DNA of 49,968 nt. Source: Bacteroidia bacterium. GTDB taxonomy: Bacteria; Bacteroidota; Bacteroidia; NS11-12g; UBA955. The stretch lies in contig JADYZD010000234.1 in assembly GCA_020853295.1 (NCBI GenBank), positions 1 through 49,968 on the forward strand, written 5' to 3'. Both the position numbers and the translations under genes were made by a program. Numbering within the stretch: position 1 is the stretch's first letter; every line of letters begins with the position of its first letter. Below, piece by piece: positions 34,022 to 43,475 of the stretch. The notes under the pieces were generated by a model. That model made no database searches. It was not told the origin of the DNA and saw only the letters and a program-made list of their open reading frames with translations.

Positions 34022-34141
34022 TTTTGTGAGGTTGGTCTCACTCCATTGCATTTCATAAAGACCAAGCCCAGGAAAATCATTTTGTCCCCTGGCGGGTCTT
34101 GGTGCAGCACACCAAAATGAGACCAATATTATAAAGAGCAT

Positions 34142-34168
34142 AAAAAAAGACCGAGTTACCGGTCTTCT
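34142..34168 (-). terminator. rho-independent terminator after tRNA
   Basis: Minus strand reads AAGACCGgtaactCGGTCTT followed by ttttttt. Confidence 0.7.
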
Positions 34169-34171
34169 TTG

Positions 34172-34245
34172 TAGCGGGGAGCAGGATCGAACTGCCGACC
34201 TCAGGGTTATGAATCCTGTGCTCTAACCATCTGAGCTACCCCGCC
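34172..34245 (-). tRNA. tRNA with CAU anticodon (Met; Ile2 by lysidine modification not excluded)
   Basis: Reverse complement: GGCGGGGTAGCTCAGATGGTTAGAGCACAGGATTCATAACCCTGAGGTCGGCAGTTCGATCCTGCTCCCCGCTA. It folds as a cloverleaf with the anticodon loop TTCATAA, a GTTCGATC T-loop, and no encoded CCA. Confidence 0.85.
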
Positions 34246-34333
34246 AAATGGGCTGCAAAAATAGGTTTTTGAGCCGAATTTTCAAACGGATAATTTTAAT
34301 TCCTGCATTTCCCTTATCACCTATTTTTGCAGC

Positions 34334-35746
34334 ATGAAGTTTCACCTGTTTGTATGGCTGCTTTTCAGCACTTGTCTGGCCTATGCTCAAAACAGTCAGC
34401 AATGGGTTGGCAAGTGGGCAGGAACCTTAGAGAGCAATGGCTCTGAACTGCAAATGATGTTTGAAATTTCAGTAAAAAACTCAGGTTGGTATTGCAAACT
34501 AAGTGTGCCAAGCCAAGGTGTTGTGGGCACTCCTTTTTCTGTATCTATCATAGAAAAAAAATCAATATCCCTGCAAATGGAATACCCTGAGGCTTCTTTT
34601 TCGGGTAAAATCACCGATTCCAATACCATTAAAGGATATTGGCTGCAGAACAAACACTCTACTCCATTGGTATTAAAAAAAGTTTGGGGTATTTGGCCTG
34701 TTCCAAAACCACAAACGCCCACCAAACCTTATTCCTGGGTTTCAGAAGAAGTGAGAATTTCTGCAGCAGGCGGTAGAATAATGCTCGCCGGTGAATTGGA
34801 CAAACCCGATTCCGTGGGCAAATTTCCAGTAGTTATATTTATCAGCGGCAGTGGGGCCCAAGATCGTGATGCCACCATGGGACAACACAAAATGTTTTTG
34901 GTTCTTACCCAATTGTTTATTTCTAAAGGCTATGCTGTGCTCCGTTGCGATGATAGAGGTGCTGGCAAAACCAAAGGCCATCTGCAAACCATGATCAACA
35001 GCACTTCAGCAGATTTGGCCCAAGATGTAGTAGAAATGGTAAATTTCCTGCATACACGCACCGATATAGACACCCAAAAACTCGGTCTTTTAGGCCATAG
35101 TGAAGGTGCAATGATTGCCCCTTATGTTGCTGCACGAAATTCAAAAATAAAATTCATTATGATGCTGGCATCTCCAGCTGCAGGAGGCTTGGAAGCCAAT
35201 TCATACCAAAATAAAGTGGCACTTCAAAAACAACACTTTAAAGAAAAAGATATTGAATCCTTTTTAAACATCCACAAATCCTTGCTGCGGAATATTTGCA
35301 GTTTATCAGACACTACAGGCTGGACCAAACTTGCCGACAGTTTGGTGAATCAATGGCTCACCAATGGATCTACCAAAAAAGCCCGCTATATTTTGTTTAG
35401 AGGGAAAAAACAAGATTTAAAAACCATTCATAAAAGTTATCAAAGTTTTTTATTGCCTTGGTGGAAATTCTTCATGTTTTATGACCCCACACAAGATTTA
35501 GATTCCTTGCGTATTCCTGCCTTAGCCTTAAATGGAGGTAGCGACCAACAAGTGCCATGTGACCCTAATTTAAACCTAATTCGATTGCACAATCCCGATA
35601 TTGAGGCACATTGCATTCCTTATTTAAACCACATGTTTCAGAATTGCACAAGTTGCGATATTCCTGAAGCCTTAGCGATGGACCAAACCATTTCCAAAAA
35701 CGCCTTGGCTTATATGGAGAAGTGGTTGGAAAAACAAAAACCTTAA
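34334..35746 (+). CDS. secreted alpha/beta hydrolase
   Basis: Signal peptide MKFHLFVWLLFSTCLAYAQ and nucleophile elbow LLGHSEGAM (G-x-S-x-G). Confidence 0.65.
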   Translation: MKFHLFVWLLFSTCLAYAQNSQQWVGKWAGTLESNGSELQMMFEISVKNSGWYCKLSVPSQGVVGTPFSVSIIEKKSISLQMEYPEASFSGKITDSNTIKGYWLQNKHSTPLVLKKVWGIWPVPKPQTPTKPYSWVSEEVRISAAGGRIMLAGELDKPDSVGKFPVVIFISGSGAQDRDATMGQHKMFLVLTQLFISKGYAVLRCDDRGAGKTKGHLQTMINSTSADLAQDVVEMVNFLHTRTDIDTQKLGLLGHSEGAMIAPYVAARNSKIKFIMMLASPAAGGLEANSYQNKVALQKQHFKEKDIESFLNIHKSLLRNICSLSDTTGWTKLADSLVNQWLTNGSTKKARYILFRGKKQDLKTIHKSYQSFLLPWWKFFMFYDPTQDLDSLRIPALALNGGSDQQVPCDPNLNLIRLHNPDIEAHCIPYLNHMFQNCTSCDIPEALAMDQTISKNALAYMEKWLEKQKP

Positions 35747-36813
35747 AAATCCATTCGGAACTTTTCTCTTCTCAGTTCTGAATACGGAAGTGGGTTGGAA
35801 AAATCCTCTGTGTGTTGCTGCCTATTTCTCACAATATGAATGGCTTCAAAAACGGCATTTCTAAATGAAATGATACTTGCAGTGCCTTTACCTGCTAAAT
35901 CATATGCCGTGCCGTGGTCTGGGGATGTGCGCACAATTGGCAGTCCAGCGGTAAAATTCACACCATCAAAAAAAGCAAAAGTCTTAAATGGAATTAAACC
36001 TTGATCGTGGTACATGGCCAAAACTGCATCGAACTGTTTGTATTGACCACTGCCAAAAAAACTGTCGGCCGAATAAGGACCATAAACCAACTTACCGGTT
36101 TTAAAAACCTCGGCAATGGCTGGTTTAATTATAGTATCCTCCTCTTTGCCCAGCAATCCACCATCTCCAGCATGCGGATTCACACCCAGAACAGCTATTC
36201 TCGGTTTGCTGCATCCAAAATCCAAATTCAAACTTTGATGCAACACATTGAGTTTTTTTACAATCACCTCTTGAGTTAGGTATTTGCCCAATTCGGTTAT
36301 GGGAATGTGTTCTGTCGCTAAGGCAACACGCAGTTCATCTGCAACCAATACCATAGCATAATTTTCTATACCCAAAGCCGCTGCAATATGTCCTGTATGT
36401 CCAGTAAAACCTGGCAAATTTTGTGCAACTGTATTCTTATCTAGTGGTGCAGTAACTAAAGCTTCCAAATGCTTGGCTTTTACATCTTCAATGGCTTTTT
36501 CCAGGGCACTTAATGCCTCTTTTCCAGCTTCAGCAGAAGCTTCACCCGCCTTAACCTCCATGCCTTGTTCGGTGCAAATCACCAAATTCAGTTTTCCCGA
36601 TTTGGCCTCGCCGGCATGGTTAATCAAATGGTACCGCGGTTCTTCTAGTCCCAGTTGTTTTTTGTAAAACACAAATGCCTTGGGAGATGCATATACCACT
36701 GGAATACAGTATTTGTAAATATTTTCATCTGCAAATGTGCGGATGACCAATTCTGGCCCAATGCCGTTGGGATCACCTATCGAAATTCCTACTTTTACCA
36801 ATTTATTATCCAT
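35743..36813 (-). CDS. pdxA: 4-hydroxythreonine-4-phosphate dehydrogenase PdxA
   Basis: GDPNGIGPEL near the N-terminus and ...HAGDGGLLG.EE... The ATG at 36813 overlaps the pepA stop by 8 nt (the ORF-track start at 36837 is a TTG). Confidence 0.8.
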   Translation of the reverse strand: MDNKLVKVGISIGDPNGIGPELVIRTFADENIYKYCIPVVYASPKAFVFYKKQLGLEEPRYHLINHAGEAKSGKLNLVICTEQGMEVKAGEASAEAGKEALSALEKAIEDVKAKHLEALVTAPLDKNTVAQNLPGFTGHTGHIAAALGIENYAMVLVADELRVALATEHIPITELGKYLTQEVIVKKLNVLHQSLNLDFGCSKPRIAVLGVNPHAGDGGLLGKEEDTIIKPAIAEVFKTGKLVYGPYSADSFFGSGQYKQFDAVLAMYHDQGLIPFKTFAFFDGVNFTAGLPIVRTSPDHGTAYDLAGKGTASIISFRNAVFEAIHIVRNRQQHTEDFSNPLPYSELRREKFRMDF

Positions 36814-38194
36814 TAATTCTGGATTTAAGAAATTCAACCAGCATTCTCACTCCCACTCCTGTGCCACCTTTAGGCCGGTAGGCATCAGTTCCTGTTAAAA
36901 ATGCAGTACCTGCAATATCAAAATGCAACCAAGGGTAGCTGGTAAAATGCCTTAAAAACATGGCTGCACTTTGTGCTCCGCCTTCGGCTTTGCCCAAATT
37001 CTTCAAATCACTTATTTCACCTTTGGTATCGTTAAAATATTCTTCCCACAATGGAAGTTCTGCCAACCTTTCATAAGTTTTTTCGCCGGCAGCCATTATT
37101 TTGGTTTTCACTTCATCTCCAGCATTACCCATTAGTGCACTGCCATAAGAGCCCAGTGCCCTATGCGCCGCACCTGTTAATGTTGCAAAATCCATGACCA
37201 ACTCAGGATCGTATTTCTTAGCGAAAGCCAAGGCATCAGCCAATATTAAACGGCCCTCTGCATCGGTATTCAATACCTCTACTGTAGTGCCATCGTACAT
37301 GGTAATAATATCCCCAGGACAAGTAGCATTTTCGCCAGGTCTGTTGTCCGTAGCAGGTACCAAGCAAACCAACCAAATGGGCAATTGCAAGGTAGCAGCT
37401 GCGTAAATGGTTGCAGAAACTGTTGCACTTCCCGCCATATCACACTTCATCTGATCCATGCTCTGTGGTGTGGGTTTCAAACTCAGTCCGCCAGTATCAA
37501 AAACCACCCCTTTACCTACCAAAACAATGGGTTTGGTATTCACAGCATTTTGTGGTTTGTATTCCATAATGCTAAAGGTTGGAGGCTCTTGACTGCCAGC
37601 ATTTACGGATAGCAATCCTCCCATTTTCTGACTTTGGATGCGGGCTTCATTCCACACTTCAACGCTAAAACCAGCTTCTTTTCCCATTTCTTCAAAGGCA
37701 GCAGCTAGTCCTTCCGCATTGAGTCGGTTCACTGGTTCGTTCACCAAATCCCTGGCTTTAAAAACTGCTTTGGCAATCTTTTTCAATTCAGGAAGTCCAT
37801 CAGATCCTTCTCCCATTAGCGCCACCTCTTCAAGCATAATTCTTCCAGTGTCATCGGCTACATATTTGTCAAACCTATAATTGGTGAGCAATACCCCCTC
37901 AGCAAATGCAAGGGCATATTCCGCAGCGCAGTCTAGGTTATGTATGCCCAACTTTTTAGCCTTATCGGCATGCAAAAGGTTACAGAGTTTATTCCCCGCC
38001 TTTCTCATGCGTTCCAATTCAGCATTGGCAGTAAGTTTTCCAGCTTTTTCAGCATAAAATACGCCTTGCACTCCCCTGTAAACAGCAGATTCTACGGTTT
38101 CTGAAAGCACAGATTCAAAATATTCTTTGGCCGCTTCGGGCATGCCTGCAGTAGCAATGGCACTTAATTGGCTGTATAAATAAACGGTTGACAT
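36806..38194 (-). CDS. pepA: leucyl aminopeptidase (M17 family)
   Basis: NTDAEGRLILADAL signature and ...VGKGVVFDTGGLSLKP... metal/active-site blocks. Confidence 0.85.
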   Translation of the reverse strand: MSTVYLYSQLSAIATAGMPEAAKEYFESVLSETVESAVYRGVQGVFYAEKAGKLTANAELERMRKAGNKLCNLLHADKAKKLGIHNLDCAAEYALAFAEGVLLTNYRFDKYVADDTGRIMLEEVALMGEGSDGLPELKKIAKAVFKARDLVNEPVNRLNAEGLAAAFEEMGKEAGFSVEVWNEARIQSQKMGGLLSVNAGSQEPPTFSIMEYKPQNAVNTKPIVLVGKGVVFDTGGLSLKPTPQSMDQMKCDMAGSATVSATIYAAATLQLPIWLVCLVPATDNRPGENATCPGDIITMYDGTTVEVLNTDAEGRLILADALAFAKKYDPELVMDFATLTGAAHRALGSYGSALMGNAGDEVKTKIMAAGEKTYERLAELPLWEEYFNDTKGEISDLKNLGKAEGGAQSAAMFLRHFTSYPWLHFDIAGTAFLTGTDAYRPKGGTGVGVRMLVEFLKSRING

Positions 38195-38466
38195 TGAACT
38201 GCGAAATTAAGCTATTCCACCAAACTAAAGTGGTTTATCATGCAACTTGTTTGCAGCATTCAAAAAACAGCAATTCTTGTGGTATATAATGCTTTACAAA
38301 TGTGCTTTAAACCCTGTCCAATTGCCCATTGCTAAAGAATTTTATAACAATGATGGGTAGTGTTTTTTGTACTTTCAAAATAACTTGCATCCACTTTTAA
38401 AAATGGCGCTACGGCTATTATTTATATTTTAACAGAATTGGGACAAATAATAATAACATGAAGCTG

Positions 38467-38474
38467 TAACTTTG
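38467..38474 (+). promoter_or_regulatory. Bacteroidota -7 promoter box TAnnTTTG (TAACTTTG)
   Basis: Exact consensus 19 nt upstream of the ATG at 38493. The TTG used by the ORF track (38472) lies inside this box, which argues for the ATG start. Confidence 0.35.
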
Positions 38475-38492
38475 ACTTTCCTAAACTGCACC

Positions 38493-40766
38493 ATGCCCTC
38501 CTATTTCAAAACCATCTTCTGCTTTGTCTTTGGGGGCTTGTTCATATCATTTGCACATGGACAAAAAGCGGGCAGTAAAGTTTGGTATTTTGGCCTCAAT
38601 GCCGGCATAGATTTTACCCAAAACCCTCCATTAGGCATTACAAATGGCAGTCTATCTACAAATGAAGGTTGCGCAGCTGTGACCGATTTGAATGGAAAAT
38701 TGTATTTTTATACCGATGGCCGCACGGTATACGACAAAACCCACAATACCATGAGCAATGGCACCGGTTTAAACGGCGACCCCTCCTCCACCCAATCTGC
38801 AGTTGCCGTGGCCGATCCCAGTAACGTAAACAAATATTATGTATTTACAGTAGATGCTTTTGCAGGTTCAAAAGGATTGTGCTATTCCATAATCGATATG
38901 TCAATAAATGGGGGTTTAGGTGCCGTAACAGTAAAAAACACGCTACTAAAAACACCTGTTTGTGAAAAAATAACTGCCGTTAGAAAACCCTTCTCCGCTG
39001 TGGTATGGATTATCACTCGCGGCTGGGATAATGATAGTTTCCATATTTATAAATTGGACAGTGTGGGTTGCAATTTTTACAAGAGTCAAAGTATAGGAAC
39101 ATTAATAACTGGAAGCTCAAACAATTCTGTGGGATATTTAAAAAGCAATATACAAGGTACCAAAATCGCCTATGCCTGCTATCAGGGTTTTGCAGAATTG
39201 TTCGATTTCGACCCAACTACCGCTACCTTTAGCAATCCCATAAAACTGAACAATTTGGGCAATGCTTATGGGGTGGAATTTTCGAAAAATGGAACATTAC
39301 TTTACGTTGGAAGTTCAACATATAAAAAAGTTTGGCAGTACAATCTTGCGGCAGGCTCCCCCGCTAGCATTGTAGCAAGTAAAATTGATGCCGCCACAAT
39401 TATTGGGCAGGCGGTTTATGCCCTGCAAATGGGTCCCGATGGCATTATTTACATGGCTGTTCCCAGCAATTCCTACGTTTCCAGTATCCCCAATCCAGAA
39501 ATATTGGGCACAGGCTGTGGTTATATTCAAAAAGCCATTGATTTAAAAGGAAAACTCTGTGCGGCAGGTTTGCCCAATGCCCTAAACAGCGACAATTTTA
39601 GTCCGTATTCCGATTTTAAATACCAAGCCATTTGTGCAGGTAAAGCTGTGAATTTTAAGGATACTTTTGATTTTGTGAGTGATTCAATTCGGTGGTATTT
39701 TGGATTAAATGGCAAAAATTATTTGGGCAGTTCGGTGCTGCACAATCCCCAATTTACATTTCCAAAATCTGGCACATATACAGTAAAATTAGAAGCCTGG
39801 TTAAAACGGGTAAAGGTAGACTCTGTAAGCAAAACAGTGGTTGTTCCAGACACCATACGCGACACCATAAATATAAAAATATGTGATGGTGATTCCATTA
39901 AAATTGGAAATAAATATTGCAAAAATACGGGTGATTATTTCGAATGGCTTACCTCCTATTTGGGATGCGATAGTGTGGTGTTGAAACGCTTGAGTTTATG
40001 GCCCAAAAACAGCACCACATTGAACAAAACGATTTGTGCAGGCAGTACTTACAACTTTTTTGGCACCGATTATTCTAGCCCTGGAACTTATACCCATATT
40101 TTAAAAAATACCAATGGTTGTGACAGCATAATTACTTTGAAATTGTTACAATATCCCAAATCTGAAATGGAAATATTTGATACCATTTGCAGTGGAATTT
40201 TATATCCATTTTATGGACAATTTTTAAGCAATTCTGGAACCTACACCAAAACATTCACATCCTATACGGGTTGCGACAGTACAGTGAAATTAAACCTGTT
40301 TAAACGCAATTCCTTTACCTACAACATTTCTGATACTTTTTGTTTAAAAGACACCTATATATTCAATGGAATAATACTTACCAAACCTGGTATTTATTCT
40401 CAAAAATTTGTGGCTCAAAATGGTTGTGACAGTGTGGTAAAACTCAACTTACAACTGAAACTCTGCTATCCAGTAGTGCCCTGTATTATTGAAATTCCCA
40501 ATGCTATAACTCCTGATGGAAATAACATTAATGATGTGTTTAAGCCTGTTTTTTCCTGTAATGTTGTTGAATACCGATTGCGAATTGTAAACCGCTGGGG
40601 AGAAATCATATACTCCACTGATAATATGGGTGAGCACTGGGATGGTTTTATAGCAAACAAACCTATAGCCGATGGCGTTTATGCCTATATCATAGATGTG
40701 GTTGCCCAGCAATCACTGGATCTAGAAAAGCACCATTATGAAGGTACAATTGTGGTGCTGAAATAA
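38493..40766 (+). CDS. T9SS type B sorting-domain surface protein with four Cys-containing tandem repeats
   Basis: Signal peptide MPSYFKTIFCFVFGGLFISFAHGQ. The C-terminus is IEIPNAITPDGNNINDVFKPVF...RIVNRWGEIIYST...WDGFIANKPIADGVYAYIIDV...GTIVVLK. Confidence 0.8.
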   Translation: MPSYFKTIFCFVFGGLFISFAHGQKAGSKVWYFGLNAGIDFTQNPPLGITNGSLSTNEGCAAVTDLNGKLYFYTDGRTVYDKTHNTMSNGTGLNGDPSSTQSAVAVADPSNVNKYYVFTVDAFAGSKGLCYSIIDMSINGGLGAVTVKNTLLKTPVCEKITAVRKPFSAVVWIITRGWDNDSFHIYKLDSVGCNFYKSQSIGTLITGSSNNSVGYLKSNIQGTKIAYACYQGFAELFDFDPTTATFSNPIKLNNLGNAYGVEFSKNGTLLYVGSSTYKKVWQYNLAAGSPASIVASKIDAATIIGQAVYALQMGPDGIIYMAVPSNSYVSSIPNPEILGTGCGYIQKAIDLKGKLCAAGLPNALNSDNFSPYSDFKYQAICAGKAVNFKDTFDFVSDSIRWYFGLNGKNYLGSSVLHNPQFTFPKSGTYTVKLEAWLKRVKVDSVSKTVVVPDTIRDTINIKICDGDSIKIGNKYCKNTGDYFEWLTSYLGCDSVVLKRLSLWPKNSTTLNKTICAGSTYNFFGTDYSSPGTYTHILKNTNGCDSIITLKLLQYPKSEMEIFDTICSGILYPFYGQFLSNSGTYTKTFTSYTGCDSTVKLNLFKRNSFTYNISDTFCLKDTYIFNGIILTKPGIYSQKFVAQNGCDSVVKLNLQLKLCYPVVPCIIEIPNAITPDGNNINDVFKPVFSCNVVEYRLRIVNRWGEIIYSTDNMGEHWDGFIANKPIADGVYAYIIDVVAQQSLDLEKHHYEGTIVVLK
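39867..40457 (+). repeat. four tandem ~45-aa repeats, C.G..Y.F.G..Y...GTY......GCDS.V.L.L (coding repeat)
   Basis: ICDGDSIKIGNKYCKNTGDYFEWLTSYLGCDSVVLKRLSL / ICAGSTYNFFGTDYSSPGTYTHILKNTNGCDSIITLKLL / ICSGILYPFYGQFLSNSGTYTKTFTSYTGCDSTVKLNLF / FCLKDTYIFNGIILTKPGIYSQKFVAQNGCDSVVKLNLQL. Confidence 0.75.
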
Positions 40767-40768
40767 TA

Positions 40769-41179
40769 TTAAGGGTTCAGAATTTGTTGCAATTTTAAAA
40801 AGGCCTTATTCTGCTCTCCACCGAATATCCTGGTGATTTCCAAAGCACTTTCTTGCACAAATTGCGCATTATACCCTGTTAAAAACGCTGCATTTTTATT
40901 GGCAAAATATCCAAATTCTTGGAGGCAATATTCCCAGTCAGTTTCGTTTAGGTTGATCCAATCAAACATGGCTTCCACTTTATTGGCCATAACTCCTTCA
41001 AAACCTTCAAGCTGTGACCCACGTTTTTGCCATATTTTTTGTACCTGCTTTTTAAGCAAATCAAAACCATCAGCATCTATGGGTTCTTCACAAGAAGCAA
41101 TTCCATAAAACAAGAAGGCCAATTTTTTGAAAAATTCTTCGCGCACAGCGCTGCTGTTTTCGGTCAATATCGCACTCAT
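40769..41179 (-). CDS. hypothetical cytoplasmic protein (136 aa)
   Basis: Clean ORF with an ATG start and no recognised motif. Confidence 0.5.
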   Translation of the reverse strand: MSAILTENSSAVREEFFKKLAFLFYGIASCEEPIDADGFDLLKKQVQKIWQKRGSQLEGFEGVMANKVEAMFDWINLNETDWEYCLQEFGYFANKNAAFLTGYNAQFVQESALEITRIFGGEQNKAFLKLQQILNP

Positions 41180-41290
41180 ATATACAAATTAAGAGTAGAA
41201 TCTATTAAGAATCAATTTAAATAACTAACGTTTGTTAGTTAACTGCGAAAATCGCAATACAAGGGAACTATCAGTCCTATAAAGTAATAC

Positions 41291-41788
41291 TTATTCCACC
41301 CTCAATTGGATAGGTAAAACCTTCCAACTGCTCACTGCTTTGCCATTCACAAATGCCGGTATCCATTGCCCTGACGAAATTTTTAATACCCGAATGGCTT
41401 CTTGAGTAAATTCAGGACATGATTTTGTTTCTTCTTCAGCAGAAATCCTTGAAATTCTGCCTTTTGTATCCAACACAAATCGCAACTTCACACTGCCACT
41501 AATTCCTTCATCTAAACAGCGGGAGGGATATTGGAAATTTTCACTAACAAATGCTACAAAAGCATTATCACCCCCAACAAACTTTCCTAAAATATTTACA
41601 GAACTATCGGAATATATTGAGTCTTTTCCTCCGGTATTGCTTGCTCCAATAGGACCCGAAGAAACACCTACCTCATCTGAACTTCCTTCATTATTCCAAC
41701 CCATTGAATCTGTAGTTTGACACTGTGCACTCAAATGCACCAAACAACACAATGCAATAAACAATATCCCCTTCACGTCCAATTGCAC
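41291..41788 (-). CDS. TonB C-terminal-domain-like protein
   Basis: Signal peptide. The C-terminus is ...FQYPSRCLDEGISGSVKLRFVLDTKGRISRISAEE...EAIRVLKISSGQWIPAFVNGKAV, which fits the TonB_C pattern. Confidence 0.55.
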   Translation of the reverse strand: MQLDVKGILFIALCCLVHLSAQCQTTDSMGWNNEGSSDEVGVSSGPIGASNTGGKDSIYSDSSVNILGKFVGGDNAFVAFVSENFQYPSRCLDEGISGSVKLRFVLDTKGRISRISAEEETKSCPEFTQEAIRVLKISSGQWIPAFVNGKAVSSWKVLPIQLRVE

Positions 41789-41792
41789 AAAA

Positions 41793-43364
41793 TTAATTGT
41801 TTAATGCGCTTTTTAAGGCCTCTGCCGAAAAAGGACGGTAATCCGTAAATGTTACATTTTCATTGCTGGTTTGGGTATCCCTTACTCCCATTTTCACACT
41901 TCCATCATCACCATACACCACTGCTACATAGCGAACATTGCTGCCCGTTGGCACCTTTGTAAGTATATAATTGCCATTGGCACCAGTGGGTTGTATAAAA
42001 CTGCGCTGGTCTTTAAAAATCACATACACCAAGGCATCTGCTCGTTCAAATTGAAAGTGCTGGGTATCTTTTGAATTGCTGCCGCTAAACCGATCACAGT
42101 TAATTTTGGTCAATTGCGAACTGTTCATGGTAAATTCATTCACATTTTGTGCATTGGGATTGGCATTGGTTTCACTTGCGGTTACTGGTGCCTTCTCATT
42201 ATTGGCAATAGGCGATGTAATAAATACAGGCCCAGGAGTAATGTAATTTTTTGCTGTGGCAAACAGGATATCATATGTCCTACCATTGTCCAGGTTTCCG
42301 TCATTCAATGCTATGGGTGGGGCATCCATTAAAACGGCCTTTAGCTTGCCTTGAATTTCAGCGATCAAACTGTTTTTGCTATATTCAGGATATTTGGGTT
42401 TTACCGATTTTATCTTGCCTACCGAATTGAACTCTAAGGTATACACAAATGGAATTCCATCTTTCAAAATCTGACTTCGTACATCTGCTGGGACTTTTAA
42501 ATTCTCATTTACATATTCTTCCAAGGGTTTCCAGTTTCTAAAAATGACAAAAGTGGCAGGTTTGCCATTGATCACTTGGGTGCTTTTCAGCATCTTTATG
42601 GTATATCCATCAAATGGTTTATTAGCTGTATCGGTATTCTGTTGAGAAGGCTCTGTGCTCCAGGTAACCATTTCTGTACCTCTGGAATAAAACACCCTAA
42701 ACCCCGATTTGTCTTTCATATCGGGCACATTAATTTCAACCGATTTGCCACTGCCCAATTGAACTTTTTTATCGCCACTGTATGCTTCCAAATTCACCAT
42801 TCCACCTGTTTCCAGCAAGCTTCCATCGGTAGTCATAGTGGTTAAACCTGCTTCGGCAAATTCTGAATTCTCCGTATATTCTGTAAGCTTGATTTCCACT
42901 TCGCCCAAAACAGGATTGCCTTCTTCATCTACAAAAGCCAATTCTGGAAAAACGATTCTAAAACCTTTGGCGCCTACAATTTCAAATTCACGTGTAAGGT
43001 CTTTAATGTCAAAAGATTGGGTTTGAGCACGCATTTCAAACAAGGCCTTTTTTACTTCAATTTTTGCTTTGGCCCTTTTCTGAGCTGCAACTGCTTGTGC
43101 ATCATTATTGTCTTGCTGATTCCCTGTGTTTTGCTCCCAAGAACTGCCTTGTGGATAGTATACAGGCGGGTAAGTATTTCTAGGGTAGTATACTGGCCGC
43201 TGTCTGGGTGATTGTGCTGGCTGTTGGGGCTGTTCCTTTCGTGGTTGCCCTTCAGGTCCTCCTGTTTGTGGGCGGCGATCGGGTTTTTTAGGCAACTCCG
43301 GCTGTGCCAAAACTGTTGCTGCAAATACAAAAATACAAATTCCAGTGGTCAGTATTTTTTTCAT
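41793..43364 (-). CDS. secreted hypothetical protein with a Pro/Gln-rich N-terminal region
   Basis: Signal peptide MKKILTTGICIFVFAATVLAQ, then PELPKKPDRRPQTGGPEGQPRKEQPQQPAQSPRQRPVYYPRNTYPPVYYPQ. A 4-nt gap separates it from the downstream TonB_C-like gene. Confidence 0.55.
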   Translation of the reverse strand: MKKILTTGICIFVFAATVLAQPELPKKPDRRPQTGGPEGQPRKEQPQQPAQSPRQRPVYYPRNTYPPVYYPQGSSWEQNTGNQQDNNDAQAVAAQKRAKAKIEVKKALFEMRAQTQSFDIKDLTREFEIVGAKGFRIVFPELAFVDEEGNPVLGEVEIKLTEYTENSEFAEAGLTTMTTDGSLLETGGMVNLEAYSGDKKVQLGSGKSVEINVPDMKDKSGFRVFYSRGTEMVTWSTEPSQQNTDTANKPFDGYTIKMLKSTQVINGKPATFVIFRNWKPLEEYVNENLKVPADVRSQILKDGIPFVYTLEFNSVGKIKSVKPKYPEYSKNSLIAEIQGKLKAVLMDAPPIALNDGNLDNGRTYDILFATAKNYITPGPVFITSPIANNEKAPVTASETNANPNAQNVNEFTMNSSQLTKINCDRFSGSNSKDTQHFQFERADALVYVIFKDQRSFIQPTGANGNYILTKVPTGSNVRYVAVVYGDDGSVKMGVRDTQTSNENVTFTDYRPFSAEALKSALNN

Positions 43365-43475
43365 AATGGTTATTCTTAACTATATAAGTTGCAAAGATTG
43401 CGCCAAGATATAAGGTAGTTAATTTTTCAAGGATTTGTATGGCTTCATCTGCTAAAACCATACTTTTGAACCCAG

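Noticed and set aside
33928-34110. 60-aa minus-strand ORF in the GT9-tRNA intergenic region
   Set aside because: It overlaps the end of the GT9 gene and the inverted-repeat region. It has no start context and an unremarkable product. The region is better described as structured non-coding DNA.
38472-38492. Upstream non-ATG starts used by the ORF track (38472 TTG; likewise 20762, 28107 and 36837 TTG) and upstream ATG starts (26879, 47653)
   Set aside because: In each case a downstream ATG gives a canonical signal peptide or a stop/start overlap with the neighbouring gene. The 38472 TTG also lies inside a promoter -7 box.
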